NCBI RefSeq assembly: GCF_037042905.1
Contig: NC_087245.1
Span: forward strand, 23,252,001-23,316,000
Reading direction: 5' to 3'
From: Lytechinus pictus
Lineage: Eukaryota
Length of the DNA stretch: 64,000 bases
Made by a program: the position numbers and the translations under genes. Below, piece after piece: positions 26,814 through 39,000 of this stretch; position 1 is the stretch's first letter, and each line of letters starts with the position of its first letter. The notes under the pieces were generated by a model, which worked only from the letters and a program-made list of their open reading frames with translations, ran no database searches and was not told where the DNA came from.

Positions 26814-27028
26814 ATGAGCAACTACTGGATTTGGGGACCTATAGGAAACTTCCTAGAGACCCCACACCGGCCATCGAATGTAGGGCTAATGAGAAGCTCC
26901 TCTATCTCCAGAGGAAGGATGTCTTGTCTAGACCTCTTTACCGAAAACTCCGGAGCTCGTCTGGTCTATGTCCCATAATATTTGGGCAACCGAAGATTCA
27001 TAAACCAGATACTCCACTCAGACATATT

Positions 27029-27338
27029 GGCCCGTATTCTGAAGTCAGGTTTAACTTAGACTCAGGTTTAAAGTTGTGGTTTAAGTATGGGAAGCCAAAA
27101 GTATCAATTTTTTATTAAGTTGTACGTTTCTTATGTTATTGTGCTCTTTCCTGATTCATCGATGGTGAAGACAATAATCTATATAATACTTCCTAGACAA
27201 TTATGAATGATTTGAGAGCCAAATGAGCTGAAATATGATATCTCTACCGTTAGTGATTTATGTAACAATTGGCTGTCCATACTTAAACCACAACTTTAAA
27301 CCTGAGTTTAAGTTAAACCCGACTTCAGAATACGGGCC
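27029..27338. mobile_element. Harbinger-like MITE inserted in the Penelope RT
   Basis: TIR GGCCCGTATTCTGAAGTC, ATT TSD; removing it restores the frame PLRHIVFTKGSPTY. Confidence 0.9.
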
Positions 27339-28788
27339 ATTGTGTTTACTAAAGGATCTCCCACTTACGCACTGGCTCAGCATTTGACTAACATCTTACA
27401 GCCTCTAGTTGGTAAGAACTTACATCACGTGAGAAACTCTAAACATTTCGTTGAGCAGATCTGTCAGATGACCGTCTCTAGCAGTGACCTCCTCATCAGC
27501 TTTGATGTTGAGTCATTGTTCACGAGTGTACCAGTTAAGGATGCTTGCGCTATCATCTTTGAGAGATTGAAATTTGACAGAACTCTCCCTGACAGGATGG
27601 TTCTCCAGTCAGCAACCCACAAACCCAAAGTGTGGCTTAGATATGTGGACGACACTTTTGTGGTTTGGCAACATGGAGCTGAGGAAACTAGCACTTTCTT
27701 ACAGCACCTAAACTCTCAACACGAGTGTATCAAGTTCACCATGGAAATGGAGAATGAGGGCTCTATCCCCTTTCTTGAAACAAAGATTACGAGGACGGCA
27801 CAGGGATCCCTATCCCATCAGGTTTATTGCAAACCTACTCACACTGATCGGTTCTTAAACTATTGTTCATTTCACCACCCATCAGTGCTGAGATTCTTTA
27901 ACAAGACGTTGGTCAAACGAGCCCATGAGGTTAGTGACCAGATCCACCTGAGAGGTGAGCTTGAGCATATCAAACGTGTTTTGAAATGTAGCAACGACCC
28001 CTCACATAAGATCTGCACTGAACTTCCCCCGTCGCGGAACCCTCATATAGGACAGCCCAAGGCGAGAGTCGTTCTTCCCTATCTGGGAGCAGCCTCTCAC
28101 AAGAATTAGAGGATTTTTAGAGAAACCGACATTGAGGTTCGTCATACATATAGTTCCTCAAATAAGCTTCAATCTGCCCTCACTACCCACAAGGACAAGC
28201 ACAACTCCAAGGACCTCCCTGGAGTTTACTAAATTCCTTGCGATTGCGGTAAAGTTTACATCGGCGAGACTGGTCGTTCCTTTAACACTCGGATTAAGGA
28301 ACACAATCCCCATGGTAGGAGAGATAAGAGGGACAAGTCTGCAATCATCGATCATGCCCATACACAAGATCACCGGATCCTCTGGGATGAGAGTAGAGTG
28401 GTCACCCGTTTTCCCTACTAGCATCAACGGAGAGTGAGAGAAGCATTGGAGATCGAGGAACATAACACTGTTCCTCAAGATAGCGGCCTCCAACTCAGCA
28501 ATATCTGGCTTACCGTTCTAGACAAAGAGGCTAATTAGACTAATTAGCCTGCTGGGACGTTCCACACATGTGTGAGCATTGCAGTGTACGGGCCGAACTG
28601 GGGGCTTTTGTCATTCATGCTAATCTTAGCAGGAATGATAATTGATGGCATTTCCGGTCGTCGCTGGTTTTGCGCGCCCAATTTTGAGTGTTGTCACCCA
28701 CTTCCGAATATGTGGAGGTCATGTGACTTATCTAGCATACGGCACTTTGACAGAGTATATAAGGCCTGCTTTTACAAACTTTGCTCAT

Positions 28789-28830
28789 TCTCCTGAAGAC
28801 GACAAGAACACACTTGTCGAAATGTCGAGA
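28789..28830 (+). ncRNA. Minimal type-I hammerhead ribozyme motif in the Penelope terminal repeat
   Basis: Stem I UCUC/GAGA; core CUGAAGA (28793-28799) plus an extra C; stem II GACAAG-aacaca-CUUGUC; GAAA (28819-28822); GUC with predicted cleavage after C28826; stem III vestigial. Confidence 0.75.
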
Positions 28831-30042
28831 TTGGGTGGTCCTTTTCAGGACCAACACTTGCCCAAGAAAGATACATGGTGTAACGTGAAACCAACTACAC
28901 TATTCTTCGTCACCATGGAAACCTTCAGAAGTTGAATACAAGAGCTGTACTAGCACACATTCAAAAGACGGTCATAAAGTTTGCATTGGGTTTTATATAC
29001 CTCAGGTGATAGTTCAGGTGTTTATCTTGTCCTCTGCTTCCCACTGTCTTAGTACGTGTGTGGGCGTGGCGGTATCTTACGAAATCAAATGGGAAAGAAA
29101 AAAGGGTGCCAGTATTTTAACAGGATCTCTGGGTGGGAATAAAGTGAATATATAGAAAAGAAATGTAAGGTGGAGTAATGAGAAAGTGAAGAGAGATAAG
29201 ATTAGGAGATCGAAATTTGAAAAGACAGATTTTCCACGCGACCACCATGTTTGCATTTAAAAAAAAAACTTTGTTGTTACCATAAAAATTTGTTAAAAAA
29301 AACCATTGTTTACATCACGTAGGCATTTAATCTTTCCTATATTTAATATATAAAATGGCTGCTTTTATCATGTTCACTTATGAAGAAATATATTTAGATA
29401 TCATTCCTTGACCATTTTGGCAGTTTGGAAGCCAAACAATGTGCTGATATATACTGGAAAATTTTTCTTCAGAATATGACTGTCTTTGTGTTTGAGTTTG
29501 ATACTCAGTGTAATGCCATTAAAGCGAATTAAAAACCACAGAATGAATTTATTGCAAAACACTATATTTTTAGTAAATGTAAATTATATTTTCTGTGGAA
29601 TGATTAATCACATATTATTTATACTTATTTCTTGCATGATGTTGTTAAATGCTTACAGTTTCATTTCAAAAGTATTGCTCGTTGGAAATTCTTCGATTTG
29701 TATACCTAGCACATTAGGAGTTAATGTCCATGACTTCGGCTTTATTCATTTGTAAATGAGCTAATGGATGGCCTACTGGTGTAACGTTTAGCCTTGCTTT
29801 CCAATTTTCCTTTCATCCATCACCTTAAATGCATGTTACAACATATAAAATCAAATTTACCATTGTAATCATTTATCTGCAAAGGTTCTATCTATAGATC
29901 GTTTTTAATTCAGTATAGTCCCTGACAACAGGGTTGGCCAGTTTCACCTTTTCATTCACAGAAATCACCTCATCCCCTCCCTCTGCATGTACCTTACTCT
30001 TTATATTTGTGTCCTAAATATACAGGCTTTCATTTCATCAAC

Positions 30043-30092
30043 ATGGCTCTTTTGTCAGAGGGATATGGTGATGATGATATTAAAGAATTGAG
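30043..30092 (+). CDS. AP4B1: AP4B1 first coding exon (exon starts 30026)
   Basis: tacag acceptor ending 30025; [16 protein letters not shown]; donor AG|gtaatt. Confidence 0.82.
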
Positions 30093-33000
30093 GTAATTAT
30101 CTTATTCAATAGAGTACCAAAGTGTGTCATCATCAATTTTCACTTTTTGGATATCAGCATTTTTTATACCATATTTTGGTAGAGCATGATAACTCCCCCC
30201 CCCCCCCACAATCCAAATTTGGTGGGAATCGGTCCATAGGGCCCCAAGATATGACCTCATGAATACATAATTAGCCCCATTGAAGTCTAATGTATTATTT
30301 GCCTGGTTCCTTAATAACTTTTAGAATCAGGCCAATAATACTGCTTCAATGGGGCTAATTATGTATTCATGAAGTCATATCTAAGGCCCCCGTGGACCGA
30401 TTCCTACCAAGTTTTGGTACTGGGTTTTTTTTCATCATGCTCTAACAAAATATGGTATCAAAAACGCTGAAATGCAAAAAATAAAAGTTTTTTTCTGACG
30501 TCATCACTTCAGTACTCTATAACTTCTTGTTGAATTTAGAAAAATATTTATGAACCAATCAACTTTTTATGGGGTAAACCTTTTGTATACTACAGCAGTA
30601 GCTCTGCGATCACAACAGTGACTGAAAATTAATCATAGTTGGAATTGCACTGCTATGAAATCCATTATGTAATTTGAACAGACCTGCTAACCAGAATGAT
30701 TTTAATGTGCAGATGACCCTTCCTAAGCCAAATCTTCAGGGACCAGAGAAATCTGTTAGACTTAGGCAAAATTCCAGTTTTAGAAGATGTTATTAACACT
30801 TGTTCTGCATTTTGGTCTTAAATAATGCTTTGAGTTAGGCGAGTAATCAACTTCATGCAGAGTTTAATGCATTTTTCAGTGAATATACTACATCATTCTA
30901 AGAGGTTGGCAGGTCTGTTTAAAATTCAGTGGTAACCTATTAATGGTAATGTGGGCAAACATAAATCAACCTAGTACGAGACTTCAAATATAACTTTTCT
31001 AACATCACCAACACCACCAACACAAATATTTAAATTAGCAAGTGTGAATTTTGGTAATCAGAAGAATATGAATTTAAATGAATTAAATATCTTCCTTTAC
31101 TTTATTAGGGTTATTGAATGGTTTGGACATCTCCAAAATTGCTGCACATGTGATATTTACAGCAATATTGTTAAAAAGTCGGTGATGATCAAACTTTTCC
31201 TGAAACATTTTTGTTTCCAGATTGAATCTTTCTGAAGCAGCAGCGAATCCTGATCCTACCAAACTTCGAACTGCTTTGGCTCACATCGTGTCACAGATGA
31301 GTTTGGGGAATTCACTCTCGGCTTTATTTCCAGAACTAGTAAAGGTAACGTCAATGGCACTCTGAGCATTTAGAGGGCACTGATTTTTCAGACAGACGTT
31401 CAGGTTTATTTAAACCAACCAGTCATTCTGTATTTTCAATCAAATAACAATAGGAAACATGAAATGTCTATGATCTTGAAGAAACAGAGCTGCACAATTT
31501 TTTTATTGAAACCCAACAAAGAAATAGAAATCATTTATTTGGAGAGAATAAACTGTTTGGTCTTTCATAAATCTGGTTTACAAACTTTATTTTGATTTGT
31601 CTTCTTCAAAAACAGGACGGTACCTACTATCGGTATAAAATGTGTCCCAGATAGTTTTTAAGGGCAAATGGTGCTAATTTTGATTAAAAACAAATAGTGT
31701 TTCAGAGCCACCACCAAGAAGTCTTAAATGTTTAACCCTATCTTAACTGGGCTATTTCGGACCAGTATATACGGGGGGGGGGGGGGGGGTCAATTTGACC
31801 CCCCCCCTCAGATCTCAGCCGCTGATTGCGCGATCGCCGCGAAAATTTGCACACACGTAGAGCTGGATGTAAACTACAAGACTGAATAGAAAATTTTCAA
31901 AATATTAATTGTTTATATTTTTTATTAATTATGCAAATAAGTGTATGAAATTTGCCCTAAATTTGGGTTTTTGTGTATGTTTTTGCCTTTAACTCAATTT
32001 ATATAGCTAGAAGAATTCTAATTTTTGGTGGGAGTATCAATTATTACGTTTCTAACAAATATCTACAAAAAATTGCAAAAATATGATTAATTTCTTATGT
32101 ATTTTATTGTTTTTTAAATTCTTATGTATTTCTTTGTTTTTTCAAACCTTTTTTTCCGATGAACTTTGTCAGGGACCCATTTGCGATCATAAATAGCATA
32201 AAATAAATCTATTAAAACCAACAAAATTGAAAATATTCGTACATTTATGAGTTTTGGTTGAAAAACACAATTTGCATTGACTTTGTACACGGAATCACGT
32301 TTTTGAGCAATTTGGGTCTGACATGCACTTACAAAATGTTGTGTAATTTCGGAACCACGTTACCGGGCATCGCAAATTTGGTCTTAAAATATGCGCAAGA
32401 CCTGAAAGTAAAAAGTCAGCGAGCGGTGCGGTAAAAAAAATTGGCGCGACGGTGTAGTGACGAAATTTGTAGAGGGGGGGTCAAATTGATCCCCCCCCCA
32501 GTTTAATAAGGGTTAAGGCAATGAAGAGCACTATTCACCATGAACTTGTTCCGGGTGGGGGGGGGGGGGGTTGTGTGTATTGATGCCATCTGTTAATGCC
32601 CTTTAATCATTCATCAATAAGATCCACTTCTATTCCATCCTCCTTGATAGAATCCAGCCATCTCTTTCTTGTTCTACCTTCTTCACTGACATTCAAGCAA
32701 ATTCAAAGTTAGGTGAAAAATCAAATAAAGGCAAAGTCATGCAAACAATGGATATGTAATTTCTCAGAAATCTGTATCATGTCGCATTCACTGATGTTTT
32801 GTCCTGAGGATTATGATATGATATACTTGTACATATACCATATCTTTTAATTCTTCTTCAGATATGTGCAACCAATGACCTGCCGAGTAAGAAGCTTGTT
32901 TACCTGTATATGGCCGGCTGTGCCTGTGAGCAACCAACACTCACACTACTAGCGATCAATTGTCTGCTCAAAGATTGCCAGGACTCAAACCCGATGATCA

Positions 33001-36000
33001 GAGGTATGGCTCTCAGGACTCTATGCTCACTCAGGTTAGTGCTTTGAATGGAAATGATTATCATTTTCTTGAATTGTTATTGAATTGATTGTATGATTAT
33101 GATTATGGTTGAAATCAGATAACAAAGTCTTTAATAGGCCCAAGATACACATGCGTCAGGTTTTGAGCTGCCTCCAACGCCAGCCCAAGCCTGCACTTTG
33201 GTGCGTATACACATACACCAGAACTAGACTGAAACCGCTTTGTGATTCTTTATCCATGACAACTATTTAAGTGACAAATGTTCCTGTCTTTTCATGTCAA
33301 CATTTTCTTTTGTTCGTTAGCAATAACTATTGTTTGCTACTATACCCTTTTCTAGTTCAGTGGTCAAGCTGCCTGTTGGGTGTACCGAGTCCAATACGGC
33401 AATCAAAAATAGGGAGGTGATACACATACATTGTGCCGCCTTCAGGTCGGCCTCGTTCCACCTTTTGCCGTATGTGTATCTCCAGCCTTAGATTTGACTA
33501 TTACAATGGAGAACTTATATGCACATACTTGGGTAAAATCAAACTAGGAAATTAGAAAAGATGCAAGATGTGTTTTGAAGTTCTCTTTACATGGACCCAT
33601 AGCACTCCCTACTCTGATACCCAACAATGCCCACTTCTGAACTTCTATGTAGTCTGACTTGTGCATTTCTGTGTATGGTGCATTTGACTCTCAGGAGATT
33701 CGAGTCACTTAATTTTCAAATTATATTAACCTATAATAATTCTTTGATCCATTAAGATCTACATTTTCCAATCACTCTCAAAGTTTGTTTCTTCTGTAAT
33801 TAATCTCATGACCAAAACTGAAGTTTATATTTAATCCATTTGTTTGATTTTCAATAGGTTACCACTCCTGATGGAGTACATAGAGCTTCCTCTTCTGGCA
33901 GGGCTGAAAGACAAGAGTGCATATGTGAGAAGAATTGCAGTGTTAGGGTGTCTCAAAGCCTGGAAGCTTGACTCTTCATTCATCAAAGGTACGAGCATGA
34001 TAGCAAATGATAATAATAAGCAACATTTATTTAGCTCGTATGCTTCAGATGGTTAATTGCCAATTCGTCTACTGCTAACTCGTCCACTCACCACATGGTC
34101 TACTTTTAGTTAGTCTAATGCCATTCCGTCCATCAACATTTCGTCTAACAACCTTTTGGTCCAACTATCACTTCGTCTAATCACCATTTTGTCTATGACC
34201 ATTTCGTCTCATAAACAGTTGTTCTTATATCCATTTCAATTTCATTCATTTTGCACAATTAACACCTAGTCCAATTAGACCAAATGGTATATGGAGTAAA
34301 TGGCTATTGGACCAACTGGTTATTAGACGAAATGTTGAGTTGACGTATTGTCAATTAGACCATGTGGATAGTGGACAAACTGATGGTAGACCAAATGATA
34401 GAAGACGAGTTGGCAATTTGACGACTTGGAAATAAACCTTCAGATCATTTCACCATCTTTTACACAAGTAAACGTCTTGTCCTGCAGTTCTTGTCATCAT
34501 ATGATTGCAAGTAGCATGAATGAGAAGTTTGATCTACTCAATGTGTATGAGACTTAATCCTTGGAATATTATGATGAAAAGAAAGTATTAAATGTAAACT
34601 AAATAATTTTCCCAGTAATAAAGGCCATGCCTGATTATTGTGATGTGAAATGTGCTAAATATAAAATAAATGATGAGTGTTGTCAATACAGTGGTTAGTG
34701 GTGGTCGGAACCTTCCTCTACACTGAATTTCAGACAGCACTCTTTGCAATATGACATTCACTTGTCAGCACATATTTTCTTCACTGAAACGACAATCTTT
34801 TGAATATAAATGTTCCTTTAAGTTGTGGCCCTGAGACCCAACTGGTTTTGGTCACCCTGCACCCAGATGTTGGGTGATCAACTTTCCATTACTTGTACTC
34901 AAAGCCCCTGTGGAAACCCTGAATACCGGTATGTGAAATGTGAAATATGAATATTGAATTATGAACTACCACATTTTGTTATAAGCCATGAATACTTGTG
35001 TAATACCTTGATATTTGATATCAGAGTATATATGCATGACCAGTCAGAATCATGTTTCATCTAGTTATGGCTTGGTGTAAAGAAAATACAATGCTAGAAA
35101 AATTTCAACTATATGCAGTCCAAAAATATGTTTTTCATATTGAATGTGATTTCATCAATATCTTTGTTTGAAGAATGTACAATGAATGTCGATGATCATT
35201 TGTAGCTGACAATTTTAACCATCGGTAAAATGAATTGAAATGCATAACATTTGTTGGAGGGGTGAAGGGGCTGCTTTGTACCAACACTTTTTTCAGAAAT
35301 TCCACATTCAAACTATGTTTGTCCTGTTCATTACCTTGTAGACAGGAACATCATTGAACAGCTATGTGAGCTGATTGCTGACCGAGATAACACTGTCATG
35401 ATCAATGTTCTATGTGTGCTTCATGAACTTCAAGGAAATCTTCTCGTCACTCAGAACATAGCACATGCACTCCTCAACAGGTAATGTTTTCCAAATAATT
35501 CAATTTTATTTTGTCACCCATTTCCCATGAATCTTCATTGCCTTTTGTACATGTATTTGTGTTTTATTGGATCTACTGATTATTGTCAATATGTATATTG
35601 GGTTTATGTCCATTATACCCATCTTAACAGACACTTTTCTGACTGCTCTTCCACAAGGGTGGAAGCGAGGTAGAAAAACAACTCTACCCCGCTAACGCCC
35701 GGACGCATGTTCTGTTAAGACGCAATTGGGGTGCAGTCTGTCTGAAAAGCTCTCCCCTCTCCAGTTCCTTTATCATTTTCTCTCTCTATTCCTCACCTCC
35801 TCTCCCCTCTTCATTTCCCTTCTCTTTTTCTTTCCCTCTCTTTTAGCATGTTTCTTCTTCTCTCTCTATCCTCTTCCTTTTCTCTCCTCTCTCATTTCTT
35901 TTTATCTTTTTACCCCTCTTATCTCTCCTTTCCCTTCTCTCCCCCTTTTTTATCTTTTCCTTTTTATTTCATATCTCCCTTTCCCTTCATTATTTTTTTC

Positions 36001-39000
36001 TTCCTCATTTTCTCTTCCCTTCTTGATCGTTTTTCTTTCCTTTTTCTCCCTACCTTTCCTTTCCTCTCTGTTTGTCCCTTCCTTTTCACTCCCCTTTTCT
36101 TTACCCTTCTCCTTATCTTTCCCTTATTTTTGTCCTCTCTTCTTTCTCTCTCTTTCTCCCCTTTCTTTTCTCTGCCTCTCCTTTTCTCCTTTGCCATTTC
36201 TTTTCTTTCCCCTCCCCCTTCCTTTATTTACCTTTTTTCCTCTTTCCTTTTCCCCCTCTTCCCTTCTTGCTTTTACTCCTCCCTTTCTCCTTCATTTTGT
36301 TCACCTTCTTGGCTACTGTCTCTTTTTGGGGAGGGGGGCATTCATTACCATGGAAACCTACCAGGGTAGGATTTTAAGTGAGTGTCTGTTAAGACGGAGT
36401 ATGGAGGCTACCACCTATGGTTTTATTGCCTCATTGAGGAATTCCATCCCCCTTTTTCTACCATTATTTGATTGAAAATTTGTAATGTTCATATTATTTC
36501 AAACACCTTTCTCTATGTAGATTAAGCTCACTGTCTGAATGGGGCCAAATCAAGGCATTGCAATTCCTTCTGAAGTACAAGTACTCCTTTTTGATGACCT
36601 AGCATACCATTATTTGATTGAAAAATCTGTATAGTTCATATTATGTAAAACACCTTTCTCTGTGCAGATTAAGCTCACTGTCTGAATGGGGCCAAATCAA
36701 GGCATTGCAATTTCTTCTGAAGTACAAGCCACAAAACGAGGAAGAAATATTTGATATATTGGTAAGTAATTTTTTATTAATGTATGTTCATTACATTTTA
36801 ATTTCCCTTTTCAGCCTTAAGAATATAGAATTGTCTCAATTTCATGTGTATGTCTAAACAGTTTTCAATTTCTCCACTATTTCCATACAGATTTTTGTTT
36901 ACAATGAGTACTATGGGTGGAAAATGTGTTTAAAAAAAAGAAAAACAATGTTTGTATACTTTATTTTATCTAGTATTCTCAGCTACATTACCAAATGTAA
37001 ACTTTGTAATGATTTGTGTATTATTCTTTTCTATTGAAAACAAAAAAATATATTTTAATCTGGAAAAAAAGAGAGCTATAAGTTACCAAGACTATCTTGT
37101 TAAGTTAGGATTGATCAGACAATCTTCAAGTTTTTAAGTCTACTGTGTTGTTTCGAAAATTGATTATGAAATGCTGTCTTGTGCTTTTGATATCTGTTTT
37201 TGACTGAACCTAGTGCATGGCTACCATTTATTTCATTGAATAAGCCATGTCCATGAAGTAATTAATGAACATGGCTTAATTGTTATTGCTCATCTTACTT
37301 TTCTGACCTGTTCATCTTAGAATTTGGTCGATGGTTGTTTGCGTCATCCCAACAGCGGAGTGAGCCTGGGGGCCATTCACTTGATGATTCTTATCACAAA
37401 GGATATGCCTCAAGTCAATCAAGATGTCACTGGAAGACTTAAAGGTAAGAAGGGTCTGACTTTGAATAAACCTTACGCATTGGTGTCATCATGCCACCAT
37501 CTCAGAGGTTGAAGCCATTGCGTTGCATGCTTTGGTGATCCGCAGCTGGCGCATGTCTGGCAATTCTGATTACAAGTATTCCTATATATTCTGAGGGAGG
37601 GCGCTGTATATATTTGTAAAAAAATTAGGTGTACAGGTAACTTTTCCTAAGTCAAATGTTTTGGGACAACGGACATCTCTTTGACTATTAAAGGAGAAAA
37701 TTGAATTGGAAGAGGTATAGTTGTTTGCATTATAATCTGGTGGGTGTTTCATAAAGCTGTTCGTAAGATATGAATGACTTTATGCACGACTGGTGATCCT
37801 TTCTTGTGCTATGTGATATATCCCTGTGCAGCTGACTTAGCACCTTAGAACATGTTCCAGTCATGCATAAAGTTGTGCATATCTTTACGAACAGCTTTAT
37901 GAAACACCCACCAGGGGGCCGCTTCATAAAGCTGTTCGTAAGTTAAGAGTGACTTTAAGAACGACTGGTGAACCTTTCTAACGCGCTAAACCATCGCCGA
38001 TGAACATACAATTTACCACAAGAAAGGATCACCAGTTGTTCTTAAAGTCGCTCTCAACTTACGAACAGCTTTATGAAACACCCACCTGGTATGTAAAATT
38101 GCTGTAACTTGGACAAATATTAAAGCCATGCAAGTTTTCATATAAACTCCTCAAAAAAAGTTTAAAAATCTGACTTTGATCGATAATCCCTCCTCGGTTT
38201 TAGTAAATATAAATGTGTAATCAATATTAATGAATAGAGCATTTAATTCTCTTTAAAATGATACCCTACATGATATGATTATGGGTCACATAGAGGTGCA
38301 GTGCCTTGAAATGTGGGGCAAGGTCAAATTTCAAAAGCTGCAAAATGACACAATATTGAAAGTCACTTTTCTTTTTTCCGTGGTGATGAATGAGTTTCTC
38401 AGCGGTTTCTTTTGACTTTGATCGATGATTCCTCATCGGTTTTAGTAAATATCAATGTTTAATTAATATTAATGAATAGATTATTTAATTTTCTTTAAAA
38501 TGATACCCTACATGTGATTATCGTTCACATGGAGGTGCAGTGCCTTGAAATGTGGGGCAAGGTCAAAATTCAAAAGTTGCAAAATGACACAATATTGAAA
38601 GTCACTGTTCTTTTTTCAGTGGTGATGAGTGAGTTTCTCAGCAGTTTCTTTTAATTATTTTCATGCACCTTAACATCAACATTAACATGGAATCAAACAC
38701 ACCTTTGCACAAGCTAACACATAACAAACAAACAAACATGCATGGGTATTTCAAACCACGACTCAAACCATGTTATCTCACAGAACCATCACTACAGAAG
38801 CAGGGGCTTGATTTGAATGGATTTTCATCTCTATTGACAGACAAAAGAATCATGTTCTGTATTGACCCTTCATGACTATTTCTGCTCGTTTTGCAGCTTT
38901 TCAATTCAGACCTCATCCAACACTTTTGAATCCTGCTCTTTTCGTGATGGCATGATCATGACAAGCATGGTATCATTTTAAAGAGAATCAAATGATCTTT

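Larger units (their letters stand above)
26701..28933 (+). mobile_element. Penelope-like retroelement (RT + GIY-YIG), 5'-truncated, with an inverted 5' terminal copy
   Basis: LLDLGTYRKLPRDPT, GQPKIHKPDTPLRHIV..GSPTY, SFDVESLFT, WLRYVDD, FTMEME..IPFL, KPTHTDRFL, GVY*IPCDCGKVYIGETGRSFNTRIKEH; 26701-26821 is the reverse complement of ~28781-28901; 13-bp TSD GAATACAAGAGCT (26688-26700 and 28934-28946). Confidence 0.95.

Noticed and set aside
35726..36475. 249-aa F/L/S/P-rich ORF, and similar ORFs at 22154-22762, 20373-20977 and 25551-25919
   Set aside because: Translations of CT- or GA-rich low-complexity tracts; no domain motifs or splice context.
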